Source: Candidatus Cloacimonadales bacterium
GTDB taxonomy: Bacteria; Cloacimonadota; Cloacimonadia; Cloacimonadales; JAIOQZ01
Reading direction: 5' to 3'
Assembly (NCBI GenBank): GCA_963662655.2
Contig: CAXXTU010000002.1
Location: 2,880,001-2,944,000 of the forward strand
DNA length: 64,000 nt
The notes beneath the pieces are model-generated. The model searched no databases. It had not been told where the DNA came from and saw only the letters and a list, made by a program, of their open reading frames with translations. The position numbers and the translations under genes are program-made. Position 1 is the first letter of the stretch, and every line of letters starts with the position of its first letter. This document shows positions 29,060-39,100 of the stretch, piece by piece.

Positions 29060-31456
29060 ATGCTGGGGAAAATATTAATTGTAGGTTTCAGAAATCTTCT
29101 AAAAAACAAAACGTTTTCTCTGATCAATGTTGTGGGGCTCGCGGTGGGACTTGCGTCCTGCGTGTTTCTGATACTGATAGCCAATTTCCATTTTCATTTC
29201 GATGACTACCATTCGAAGATTGATCGAATCTATCGACTGAACGACCGCATTGTCGGGCATGGAAGCATCGACCACAACACTGCACTCACACCGCCCGAGT
29301 GGTCTCCCGCGATGATGGAAGAGTACCCGGAGATCGAGAATTACGTACGTTTCGAGGACGGAAACATCAATATTCGCATCGGAGACGAGCTGAAGAATTT
29401 CTATGTCGTCTTCGCCGATACGACCATCTTCGATGTGTTCGATTTCCCGCTCATTGCCGGGGACCCCAAAACCGCCTTGAGAGATCCTTACTCGATTGTA
29501 TTGGGAAAAGATTATGCGGAGCAGATGTTCCCGGGCGAGAATCCCATCGGCAAAACGCTCTTTGCAACGGTGGAAAACCGCAACTACCGTGTTACGGGAT
29601 TGATGGACGAGATACCGTACAACACAACGATGTTCCTTCCCGCAATCGCATCATACAGCACGCTGGGCGAGGTCAACTGGCAGTACTACGGCTCCTGGTA
29701 CTATCACGCCGTAACGAATTTCCTTCTTCTGAAGCCGAACACGGATTATAAAAAGCTACAGGAAAAATTCCCCGATTTCATCGACGAGCACATGGACACG
29801 GACAAGGTGGGGCGCTACAAGCCTTTCCTGCAACCGATGAAGAATTACCATCTGAGAAAACGTTTTCTTCGCAGCGAGCAGGGCAATTTCATCGATCAGA
29901 ATATTGTCTTGCTGATCGGCGGAATCGGTCTGCTGGTGATCGTCCTTGCATCGATCAATTATATCAATTTATCCAGCGCCATATCATTAAAACGATCCCG
30001 CGAGGTCGGAATGCGTAAGATTTTCGGTTCCGTCAGGCAGCAGATCGTCGCGCAGTTCATGGCAGAATCGCTGATTTTATCGATTCCTTCCGGCGTGATC
30101 GGCTCGGTATTGATCGAGCTCATTATCAAGTATCTGAATTCCGCTTACTTCGATAACATATTTCCCACGCCATACTACAGCATCTCTTTCATATTCATGG
30201 TGACGATGATCATATCGGTTATCGTGGGGCTATTGGCAGGAATCTATCCGTCCTTTGTCCTTTCTTCCTACAGGCCGTCCGCCGCGTTGAAGGAGGGTTC
30301 CACCAAGGGTCTGAAGGGGATGTGGTTTCGCAAGCTCTTCATTGTGGTTCAGTTCTTCCTGGCGATCACCCTGCTGGTCATCAACATCAATTTCTACCGG
30401 CAGATCAAGTATATGGAGACCAAGGATTATGGGTTCAGTCCGGACAGCCTGTTTATGATTTCGAATCCGCTCGATTCGCGGTACGAACGGGCAGAGACAT
30501 TCCGGCAGAGGCTGCTCGACGTTCAGGGTGTGAAGGAAGTGGGTTTTTCCGCCAATACGCCCGGACTGGGCTACTGGTGGGGTCGTTTCCTTCCGGAGGG
30601 AGCAGACCAGCATGACGGCAGGATGTACAAGGTGCTTTTCACGGATGACAGAACCATGCAGATCATGGATTTCAAGCTGCTTGAGGGGCGCTTCTTCTCG
30701 ACGGAATTCGCGACCGACAGTATCAACACCGCGATCATCAATGAGGCGGCGCTTCGTGAGTTTGGCTGGGATACGGCTGTCGGCAAGAAGGTCAACTATA
30801 TGTATCAGGAATTCGGCGATTCCACTCGCACGATCATCGGTGTGGTGAAGGACTTTCATTCGGACAATTTAACCGAACCGATCACCCCCATGATCATTAT
30901 GTTCAACCCCAATTTCATGAACATCGCGAACATCAAATACGATATATCGCGGCGCAAGGAAATCAAAGACGAGATCGTGGAGATATGGAAGGAGTATCAG
31001 CCGGATTCTCCGATCAATTACGGGACGTTTTTCGACGACATCCTTGCCCGTCGTATTCAGAGCATCAAGCCGTTCGTTCAGATGATCTCCATGTTTACGG
31101 GATTATCGATCTTCATTGCGTGCATGGGATTATTCGGCCTGGTATCGCTTGTGGCGCAGCAGAAGAGGAAGGAGATGGGTATCCGCAAGGTGTTCGGCGC
31201 GTCCGGAGGGAGGATTGCCTACGAGGTGTCGTCGTATCTGTTACGATACGTGGTGGTGGCGAATGTATTGGCAATACCCTTTTCGGTATATGTGCTGTCT
31301 CAGGTGACAAAGAACATTGCGTATGTGGTTGAATATGCCTTATGGCCTTATGTTGTGGCTGCGTTGGCTACGCTGGTCATTGCGTTTATTTCGGTGGGCT
31401 GGCACGCGGTGAAGACGGCGGCATCGAACCCCGTGGAATCGTTACGATACGAATAG
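29060..31456 (+). CDS. MacB/FtsX-like ABC transporter permease (duplicated periplasmic core plus FtsX domains)
   Basis: RNLLKNKTFSLINVVGLAVG, INYINLS..ISLKRSREVGMRK, IACMGLFGL, RKEMGIRKVFGA, NPVESLRYE. Confidence 0.92.
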   Translation: MLGKILIVGFRNLLKNKTFSLINVVGLAVGLASCVFLILIANFHFHFDDYHSKIDRIYRLNDRIVGHGSIDHNTALTPPEWSPAMMEEYPEIENYVRFEDGNINIRIGDELKNFYVVFADTTIFDVFDFPLIAGDPKTALRDPYSIVLGKDYAEQMFPGENPIGKTLFATVENRNYRVTGLMDEIPYNTTMFLPAIASYSTLGEVNWQYYGSWYYHAVTNFLLLKPNTDYKKLQEKFPDFIDEHMDTDKVGRYKPFLQPMKNYHLRKRFLRSEQGNFIDQNIVLLIGGIGLLVIVLASINYINLSSAISLKRSREVGMRKIFGSVRQQIVAQFMAESLILSIPSGVIGSVLIELIIKYLNSAYFDNIFPTPYYSISFIFMVTMIISVIVGLLAGIYPSFVLSSYRPSAALKEGSTKGLKGMWFRKLFIVVQFFLAITLLVININFYRQIKYMETKDYGFSPDSLFMISNPLDSRYERAETFRQRLLDVQGVKEVGFSANTPGLGYWWGRFLPEGADQHDGRMYKVLFTDDRTMQIMDFKLLEGRFFSTEFATDSINTAIINEAALREFGWDTAVGKKVNYMYQEFGDSTRTIIGVVKDFHSDNLTEPITPMIIMFNPNFMNIANIKYDISRRKEIKDEIVEIWKEYQPDSPINYGTFFDDILARRIQSIKPFVQMISMFTGLSIFIACMGLFGLVSLVAQQKRKEMGIRKVFGASGGRIAYEVSSYLLRYVVVANVLAIPFSVYVLSQVTKNIAYVVEYALWPYVVAALATLVIAFISVGWHAVKTAASNPVESLRYE

Positions 31457-31507
31457 CGCCTGCTTGGAAACAGACGCTATTCACAAAAAATACAAGGAAG
31501 CGCAGAC

Positions 31508-32197
31508 TTATTGATTCATTATGTTCTGCGCTTCTTCTTTATCGTCTCCATAGGTGAAAACGCTCAGGATGTTGTGGGAGTTCTCCGGGTCCACAACTTT
31601 GGGATACAGGATTCTCAGCGCAGATATCTGATCGTCCGAGTACGTGAGAACGCTTAATACGCGAGCGGATTGATCGACCGTGAAATGATTGCGTTTCGCG
31701 GCTGTTCGGATGACATTGAGCTGGTCATCGGCGAAGCTTTCGTTTCGGATTTGATTCAGCAGGCGGTCGAAGTCCACTCCGTTCATCGCCTGATTTCCCG
31801 ATTCTGCTTCCACGCTGCCTGCATCGATGTCGGTGCCGGTCTCGGTGACGCTCACATTCATGGAGAAGCTAGCCGACGATTCATTCGAGGATGTGGCGGA
31901 CGTTGAAACGCTGATGCTCTGGTCCGATGGGATGTTGGCAAGCATTGCGAATACTTCATCCATGAGTTTTTTAGCCTTCATGCTTTCAGTTCTGCCCAAT
32001 TTTCCGCTATACAGCGTCTCGAGAGCTTCCAGCTTGTAGCCGATATTCTCGACGATCTGGCCGGTTGTCACCGAATTGCCTTGGGTGTTTCCAGACATCT
32101 CAACTGTTATCTGACCATTGGGAGTCGTGAACACAACATCGGCTGCAAACAAAGGTAATGCTAGCAATACGAATAGAAATCCAATATACCTTTTCAT
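31508..32197 (-). CDS. Exported DUF4476-domain protein
   Basis: GGAGG RBS, signal peptide; MNGVDFDRLL..IRNESFADDQ...FTVDQ...LYPKVVDPEN. Confidence 0.8.
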   Translation of the reverse strand: MKRYIGFLFVLLALPLFAADVVFTTPNGQITVEMSGNTQGNSVTTGQIVENIGYKLEALETLYSGKLGRTESMKAKKLMDEVFAMLANIPSDQSISVSTSATSSNESSASFSMNVSVTETGTDIDAGSVEAESGNQAMNGVDFDRLLNQIRNESFADDQLNVIRTAAKRNHFTVDQSARVLSVLTYSDDQISALRILYPKVVDPENSHNILSVFTYGDDKEEAQNIMNQ

Positions 32198-32286
32198 TCG
32201 AATCCTCCAAAATTTTTGCAAGAAACGGCTTTAATGATTACGGCGTCAATAAAAAATAAAAGGAACTCGTTGAAGTAATAAACAGC

Positions 32287-32321
32287 AAAAAAAAGAAGCA
32301 GATCGAGATTGTCTGCTTCTT
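32287..32321 (-). terminator. Intrinsic terminator
   Basis: AAGAAGCAGA/TCTGCTTCTT stem with an A-run on the plus strand, just downstream of the gene at 32347-32607. Confidence 0.65.
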
Positions 32322-32346
32322 CTTGTATTCGTGATTATAACAGGAT

Positions 32347-32607
32347 CTACTCGTAGTTGAAATCCATTCCCTTCACCTGGATGCCGTCGATGACGTTCAA
32401 TTCCTCTTCGAGTGAATCCCAAATCGCTTTGTCGCCCACAAGCTCGAGGATTAACAGGCCGGTACGACTGCAGTAGCTTTCGCTTGTTTCATGCAGTCCG
32501 AGACGAGTTTTGATATTACAACCATATTTGGTGAGGATTTCCTGTACTTTCGTTGCTTCGGTCAGGCGATTTGTAACTAAAACACCCATAATGCGAATTT
32601 TTTCCAT
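32347..32607 (-). CDS. Small ACT-like protein (TM1266 / iron-only hydrogenase regulator-like family)
   Basis: AAGGAG RBS; IMGVLV.NR...A.KVQEILTKYGC.IKTRLGLHE...GLLILEL. Confidence 0.7.
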   Translation of the reverse strand: MEKIRIMGVLVTNRLTEATKVQEILTKYGCNIKTRLGLHETSESYCSRTGLLILELVGDKAIWDSLEEELNVIDGIQVKGMDFNYE

Positions 32608-32719
32608 ATTACACTCCTTTAAGGATTTATGCTAAATTACACCTTGTTTCATTTTGATGTCAACAAGAAAATTGCGAGGGATTGAATCCGGCTCAACTCG
32701 AAGCGTAGCAATGAACGCA

Positions 32720-32895
32720 CGGCGCGGCGGCGGGAAAGCCCTTTCGTCCGCCGATATGCCCACGCGACTCGAATTTTATCCGAGCGCCCGATCCCATCGC
32801 GGACATAGAAAGGGCTTTCCGATCATGAATCGAACCAGTCCGTCATGCTGGTTCGATTCATGATTGATGTGCGGAGCACATCCGCCGCCGCGCCG
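32720..32895. repeat. Four-way-junction palindromic intergenic element, copy 2 (inverted hairpin order)
   Basis: Outer CGGCGCGGCGGCGG/CCGCCGCCGCGCCG; inner GGAAAGCCCTTTC..GAAAGGGCTTTCC (long loop), ATCATGAATCGAACCAG..CTGGTTCGATTCATGAT and GATGTGC-GGA-GCACATC. Confidence 0.75.
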
Positions 32896-33104
32896 CGCTG
32901 GCCGGCAGTCGACTTCGAGTGCGTTGGTCGATGCAGCGACTATGATTTCCGGCAGATTCGATGAATTTCTTGACGACTGATACCGATGCTGTTTTTTGAT
33001 ATTCTCCGTAACAAATCCGCAGGGATATTGTTGATATTAAGAGAGAAGGAAGTTTGTGCCCATTTTAATGACCGCATCTGGGCGTTAGCTTCAAAGCAGG
33101 ATGC

Positions 33105-34136
33105 ATGTTAGAACGAATCATTTCCCCGGAACAGCTTGATACCGAACGTGAATTCGACCGCACGTTGCGACCGAAAACGCTTTCGGACTTCGTGGGTCAG
33201 GATCAGGTAAAGGAAATCCTGGATATTTCGATTCAAGCAGCGAGAAGACGCAACGAACCCTTGGATCACGTGTTGCTCTATGGTCCTCCCGGACTTGGAA
33301 AAACCACGCTGGCTCACATCATCACCAACGAGCTGGATACGGATATGAAGGTAAGTTCGGGACCGGTCCTCGAGCGTCCCGCGGACCTCGCGGGTGTGTT
33401 GACGAATCTCGAACGCCGTAATGTCCTTTTCATCGATGAGATTCACAGGCTCAATCACGTGATCGAGGAATACATGTATCCGGCGATTGAAGATTTCGAG
33501 ATCGAAATCATCGTCGATAGCGGCCCAAGCGCAAGAACCTTCAAGATCGATATCGATCCGTTCACGCTGATCGGCGCTACGACTCGCGCCGGACTCCTGA
33601 CCGCCCCGATGCGCGCCCGTTTCGGAATCATACTGCGACTGGATTACTATGATGAAATCAGCATCCGGCGGATCATCGAGCGCTCGGCGCGGTTGATGAA
33701 CGTGGAGATCGACCCGGAAGGCCGTGACGAGATGGCGCGCCGCTCTCGCGGAACGCCTCGCGTGGCGAATCGATTGCTCCGTCGTGTGCGCGATTACGCC
33801 GAGATCAAAGGCGATGGCGTGATAACGCGGGAAATTGCCATGAAAGCCCTGAAGATGCTGAACGTGGATAACATGGGGCTCGACGACATGGACAAGCGTA
33901 TCCTGAAAATGATCATGGAAAACTACCGCGGTGGGCCGGTCGGACTCAAGACGCTCGCCGTTGCCGTTGGCGAGGACCCGGGAACCATCGAGGAAATCTT
34001 CGAACCGTATTTGATTCAGCAAGGTTTTCTCGAACGAACCATGCAGGGACGCAAGGTTACCATGAAAGCATACCGCCATTTCGGCCTGACGCCAACCGGT
34101 GATCAGGCATCCCTCTTCGACGAGGTGGAGCGCTAG
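33105..34136 (+). CDS. ruvB: Holliday junction branch migration helicase RuvB
   Basis: LRP..L.DFVGQ, GPPGLGKTT, FIDEIHR, GATTRAG, SRGTPR.ANRLLRRVRD, EPYL. Confidence 0.98.
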   Translation: MLERIISPEQLDTEREFDRTLRPKTLSDFVGQDQVKEILDISIQAARRRNEPLDHVLLYGPPGLGKTTLAHIITNELDTDMKVSSGPVLERPADLAGVLTNLERRNVLFIDEIHRLNHVIEEYMYPAIEDFEIEIIVDSGPSARTFKIDIDPFTLIGATTRAGLLTAPMRARFGIILRLDYYDEISIRRIIERSARLMNVEIDPEGRDEMARRSRGTPRVANRLLRRVRDYAEIKGDGVITREIAMKALKMLNVDNMGLDDMDKRILKMIMENYRGGPVGLKTLAVAVGEDPGTIEEIFEPYLIQQGFLERTMQGRKVTMKAYRHFGLTPTGDQASLFDEVER

Positions 34137-34137
34137 T

Positions 34138-35238
34138 ATGCGGAATCGATTGATGTCACTCGGGATTTCCCTGATTATCGCCGCCGTGATATCGCTCTCG
34201 CTTGTATCGTGCGAAAGCAGCACTTCGTCCGATCCGCTTTCCGCGAAGATCGTGATACCGGGTGACGAATACGTTTGGGGCGACAGCCTGCTTGTTAGCA
34301 TTTCTTCATCCGGAGGAACGGTTGCAAGCGCTGTTTTCTTTGTAGACGGGAGCAGCGAATTGTTCGACGAGGAAGCTCCATTCGAATTCTGGTGGGACCT
34401 GAAAGATTTCGATTATGGCTCGCACACGCTGCAGGCAAAGGTGTTCTTCTCCGATGACAAATTCCTTGAAACGGACAACCGCATCGTTGTTCACATGCCG
34501 TTTCCTTTTTATGACGAGTTTTTAGCTGACTTCGACGGTATAACCGAAAGAGATGCAAACGGAAACCTGGTCGGGGAAGTCGATCAAAGCGACTGGAAGC
34601 TCACGGAGCTGAGTCAGACAGATTCGAGAGAGACGTTCGTTCTCTCCCTGAATATCGGTGCGTCCGATCGAAAGGTATATCTTAACTGGAGAACCGCCTA
34701 CGAATACAATCACGACGGATTCTATCTTCTGCGCGGCACATCGGAAGATGCGTACGAGCAGGATCGTGCGATTCAACTGAATCCGTATCCGCTTACCGGC
34801 GAATGGAACGAAGATGAGTACACATACTATGAATTTGTGGATTCGCTCAATATAGAATACCTGACCTACTACTACTGGCTGGAAGCGATCGATCCCGTGA
34901 GCGAGAACGAGGTTTTCGGTCCCTGGAGCATTACCGTAGAGGAAGACCAGCAGTGGAGCAGCCAATTCAATCCGCCCTACCCAAATCCGGCTCAACAATC
35001 CACGACATGCCACTTCTCGCTCGAGAAGGAATGCCTCTTATCCGTTATTTTAATCGACGACGAGGCAACAATCATCGGCGAAGTCATGTCCGAAGCGTCA
35101 TTGTCCGCCGGTGAGCATTCATTTTCCCTGGATTGTTCTGAAATGGACGTAGGCCTGTTTCGTTGTGTATATTACATAAGCGATAACGAAACGGAATGGA
35201 TCGGTTATGGGGACATCCGGCACGGGGCGGATGAATAA
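34138..35238 (+). CDS. Lipoprotein with Ig-like domains and a degenerate T9SS-type C-terminal domain
   Basis: Lipobox LVSC; Ig-like FFVDG...PFEFWWD...GSHTLQA; VYLNWRTAYE.N.DGFYLLR; FNPPYPNP. Confidence 0.7.
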   Translation: MRNRLMSLGISLIIAAVISLSLVSCESSTSSDPLSAKIVIPGDEYVWGDSLLVSISSSGGTVASAVFFVDGSSELFDEEAPFEFWWDLKDFDYGSHTLQAKVFFSDDKFLETDNRIVVHMPFPFYDEFLADFDGITERDANGNLVGEVDQSDWKLTELSQTDSRETFVLSLNIGASDRKVYLNWRTAYEYNHDGFYLLRGTSEDAYEQDRAIQLNPYPLTGEWNEDEYTYYEFVDSLNIEYLTYYYWLEAIDPVSENEVFGPWSITVEEDQQWSSQFNPPYPNPAQQSTTCHFSLEKECLLSVILIDDEATIIGEVMSEASLSAGEHSFSLDCSEMDVGLFRCVYYISDNETEWIGYGDIRHGADE

Positions 35239-35335
35239 TGGGTTTCATGGAAAAGGATTCAAGTGTTTCATGCTGTTATATAATTCCTGAAACAATACTT
35301 GACGCTCGTAATGATTAGGACAAATTCGGCACAAT

Positions 35336-36124
35336 ATGAAGAACTCGATGATCGCGGTTGATATTGGTAATACGCATATTGCCTGTGGTATTTACGAAAA
35401 GAACATACTGACGCATTCCTGGAGGATGAGCACGGATATCAGCAAGACGGAGGACGAATACTTCGCCGTTCTCGATAGAATGCTCGATTATGCCGGCTAT
35501 GATCCTTCGAAAATAGGATATGTGGCGCTTTCGTGCGTTGTTCCACCACTGGTGAGAGTTTTCAGTCACATCTCTGAAAAGTATTTCAAGGCTCAATTCA
35601 TCAATGTGAACAGCGGCACAGACACGGGTCTGAAGTACCCCGTTCAGGATCCATCCTATATCGGAGCGGACCTCATCGTAAACGCCTACGCTGCCTGGAA
35701 GAAATATGGGACGAATTGCATCGTCTGCGATTTCGGAACCGCCACGACCATCCAGCTGGTTGGCTCCGACGGCTTCTTCCACGGAGCGATTATTGCTCCG
35801 GGCGTGATGACATCGTCGGAAAACCTAATCAAGAAGACATCACAGCTTTCCGCTGTGCGGCTGGAGAAACCGGGCCAGGTGCTTGGAACCAGCACGCGCG
35901 ATGCGATGTTGTCGGGAATCGTCGGAGGCAGCGCCCACATGATCGATGGCTTTGTTCGTGAAATCAAAGACAAATACAACCATCTCGGGAATATCATGTC
36001 CATCGCTACGGGCGGAATATCCGGCCTGATTGCCGAATACGCCCAAACGTTGGACAAAGTCGATAAAAACCTGACGCTTGACGGGTTGAACATGATATGC
36101 AGGAAGATGCTGATACATGAATAA
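35336..36124 (+). CDS. coaX: Type III pantothenate kinase
   Basis: AVDIGNTH, CVVP, IGAD, DFGTATT, GAIIAPG, ATGG, LTLDGL. Confidence 0.94.
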   Translation: MKNSMIAVDIGNTHIACGIYEKNILTHSWRMSTDISKTEDEYFAVLDRMLDYAGYDPSKIGYVALSCVVPPLVRVFSHISEKYFKAQFINVNSGTDTGLKYPVQDPSYIGADLIVNAYAAWKKYGTNCIVCDFGTATTIQLVGSDGFFHGAIIAPGVMTSSENLIKKTSQLSAVRLEKPGQVLGTSTRDAMLSGIVGGSAHMIDGFVREIKDKYNHLGNIMSIATGGISGLIAEYAQTLDKVDKNLTLDGLNMICRKMLIHE

Positions 36125-39100
36125 AAAACTCCTGCTGAGCTTTCTCTTCCTGGCAATCGCCCTTTCTTCCTTTGGGGATGTGCCTTTCCGCATGCAGTAT
36201 ACGCTCAAAAATTACTACCCGATGACAGAAAACCGGCTGGATATTCTGAAATATCATCGCGGTCTTTCGATGAGCGTCAAGCCCAGCAAGATTATTAGAA
36301 ACTTCGAGTTTACCACCAGAGAAATCGTCGATGTGGAAGATTCACTGATTGTGATGGTTGCCGAATATCACGGTATCGAATTTCCACAGCAGAACATTCT
36401 CACCTTCGATCAATACATCCAAAGCCAGTTCACGGCGTCTTTTCACAATCTGCTGCGCGAGAAGGCGAAAGAGCGGATAGAGGAAGGCGAGCAGCAGGTT
36501 GGCGAAGGTATTTTCGGTAAAGAGCTCTCCATTGACCTTCCTAAAATGGCGCTGCCGAAGGTGGTGAAAGATTTCATGGGCGACAAGGCTGCCCGTTTGA
36601 ACATCGATGGTAGTGAAAAGCTCACGTTCCGTATCGGTAGCACCAGAAATGACAACAACAGATCCACTGAAAGCAGTGGTTCTGAAGACCTGGACCTCGA
36701 TCTCAAACAGGAACTCAGACTTCGTTTGCGCGGTACCATCGGTGAGAAAATCCACGTGAACATCTCCCATACTTCGGTGTCGGATGAGGAAATCGGAAAC
36801 CCGAATACCATCGAAATCAAGTATGTCGGTAACGAGGACGAAATCGTCCAGACGATCGAGGGCGGTAATATATCCCTGTCGCTGACCGGTTCGCAATACA
36901 TTGGCTATTCCGCGTCATCCGAAAGCTTGTTCGGTATCAAATCGACGATGAAGGCCGGTCCGCTCGATCTGACGTTCATTCTCGGTAAAGAAGAAGGTGA
37001 GAAGAACACCGAGAAATACACGGGACAATCTCAGCAGGATTCCCTGACGATTTACAGTAAGGACTATAAAAAATACTCCTATTTCTATGTGGTTGATCCG
37101 GAAGTATTGTTCAGTATCTACGATACAGATCCTAGTGCGCCGCTGCCCGATAATGTACCGCCTACATGGTCGGGGAACGCAATTGTTACTGTGGCCGGCT
37201 CATGGGTGATAAACCATCCCGAGCTTCTGCCGGACGATCAATCTCTGCGGGTTTTCCTCGACGATGCCAATTACAGCAACGACACGATTGAAACACTACC
37301 GGGTGTGGCATGGCAGGATCCGGAAGACACCGAAACGTACAGGTTTGAAGAATTATACTCCGGTTCGGACTTTGAATACGATTACGACACGGGGATTCTC
37401 TCGATCGATCGTGCCGTGAATAAGGGTTATGCCATCGGTGTTACCTACACGACCAATAACGGAGCGAACCAGGTCGGTAACGATGACGAGAGCAACCTGC
37501 AAGTGAAGATGCTGTACAGGAAGAACCAGCTGCCGAGTTACAATACCTGGAAATTCCAGATGCGCAATGTTTATAACTTGAACATGCAGAATGTAAAAAG
37601 CGACGGATTCAAGGTGAATGTCTATACCGAAATCAACAGCGGTCAGGACATGATGTTCTCTCTACCGGACGACCTTGCTGTGGGATCGAACTACTCGACA
37701 TACAACGACTACCTACGTCTCGACAGCAATGGCGACGGTTTGATTAACAGCGACGACAATACCATCAATCTCGGTGAGGGCTATATTATCTTCCCGTTCC
37801 TGGAACCGTTCAAAAGCCTGGAAACTGAAGATACCGATATCTACTCGGATGGAACCGTTGTAAGCGACGATACGATCATGCGCATGTACGTGGTTGGTAA
37901 GGTGGGGCGAGATCAGATTACGCTGAACCAGATGAACATCGTCAAGGGATCCGTCAAAGTTAAGGTTAACGGTAGAACCCTCGATGAAAACGTCGATTAC
38001 ACCGTCGATTACGATTTCGGTACGATCACCTTCCTGAATAACGAAGCGAAGGACTCCAACAACGAGATCGAGATTGACTACGAATTCAGGCCGCTGTTTG
38101 CGATTTCATCCCGCATCATGACCGGCCTGCGCGCCGATTGTAAGATTGGCGATAACGCCCGTCTGGGCGGTACGTTCATCTATCATTCGGAGCAGGTGGA
38201 AGACAAGCGTCCCAAAATCGGCAGCGAAAACAAAATCCAGATGATGGGCGATATCGATGGGGAAATCAGTTTCGAAATGCCACTGCTTACGCGAATTGTA
38301 GACTGGCTCCCTCTCGTGAAAACCGATGCCGAATCCGAGGTAAACCTTTCCGGTGAAGTGGCCGTTAACATTCCGCAGATCTACGGCAATCCCGATAAAA
38401 AGGGTGATCCCGAAGCCTATCTGGAAGACATGGAGTCGATTCTGAGCACGTTCCCGCTGGGCATATCGCGTGCAACATGGGTTCCCGCCAGCGAGCCGCT
38501 CGACTATAACTTCGGCAAGGGTAAAATCAACTGGTACAACCCCACCGATATATACATGAACGACGTTTACAACGATGACTTGCTCACAGAGGAAGAGGAA
38601 AACGAAAAGGTTTCCGTGATGCAGGTGAGAGTGCTGACGCCAAACGTTCACATGCCGGGGGTGAACCAGAAATACTGGGCCGGTATCATGAAGTATGTCG
38701 GTAACCAGCTCGATTTCTCCGACAAGAAGTATATCGAAATCATGGTCAAGGCCGATAGCACCAATTCACCGATCAACATGCACATCGATCTGGGCGATGT
38801 TAGCGAGGACTTCTACACCGATTTCGGCGGACTGGGTATCCTCAATACCGAGGACGGTAAAAATGGCGGTGACTCCGACGGCACTTACGACTACGTGGAA
38901 GACGTCGGATTGGATGGTTACCCGAACGGAAATCCCCTGGATGATCCTGAAGACGACTTCGATAACGATAAAGTCAACAACATCTATCCTAATATAAACG
39001 GAACCGAAGGAAACAAGAGCCTCGATACCGAAGATCTCGATGCAGACGGTAGTCTGGACACGGTCAATCGGTATCTCGAGTACTCGATATCTCTCAACAG

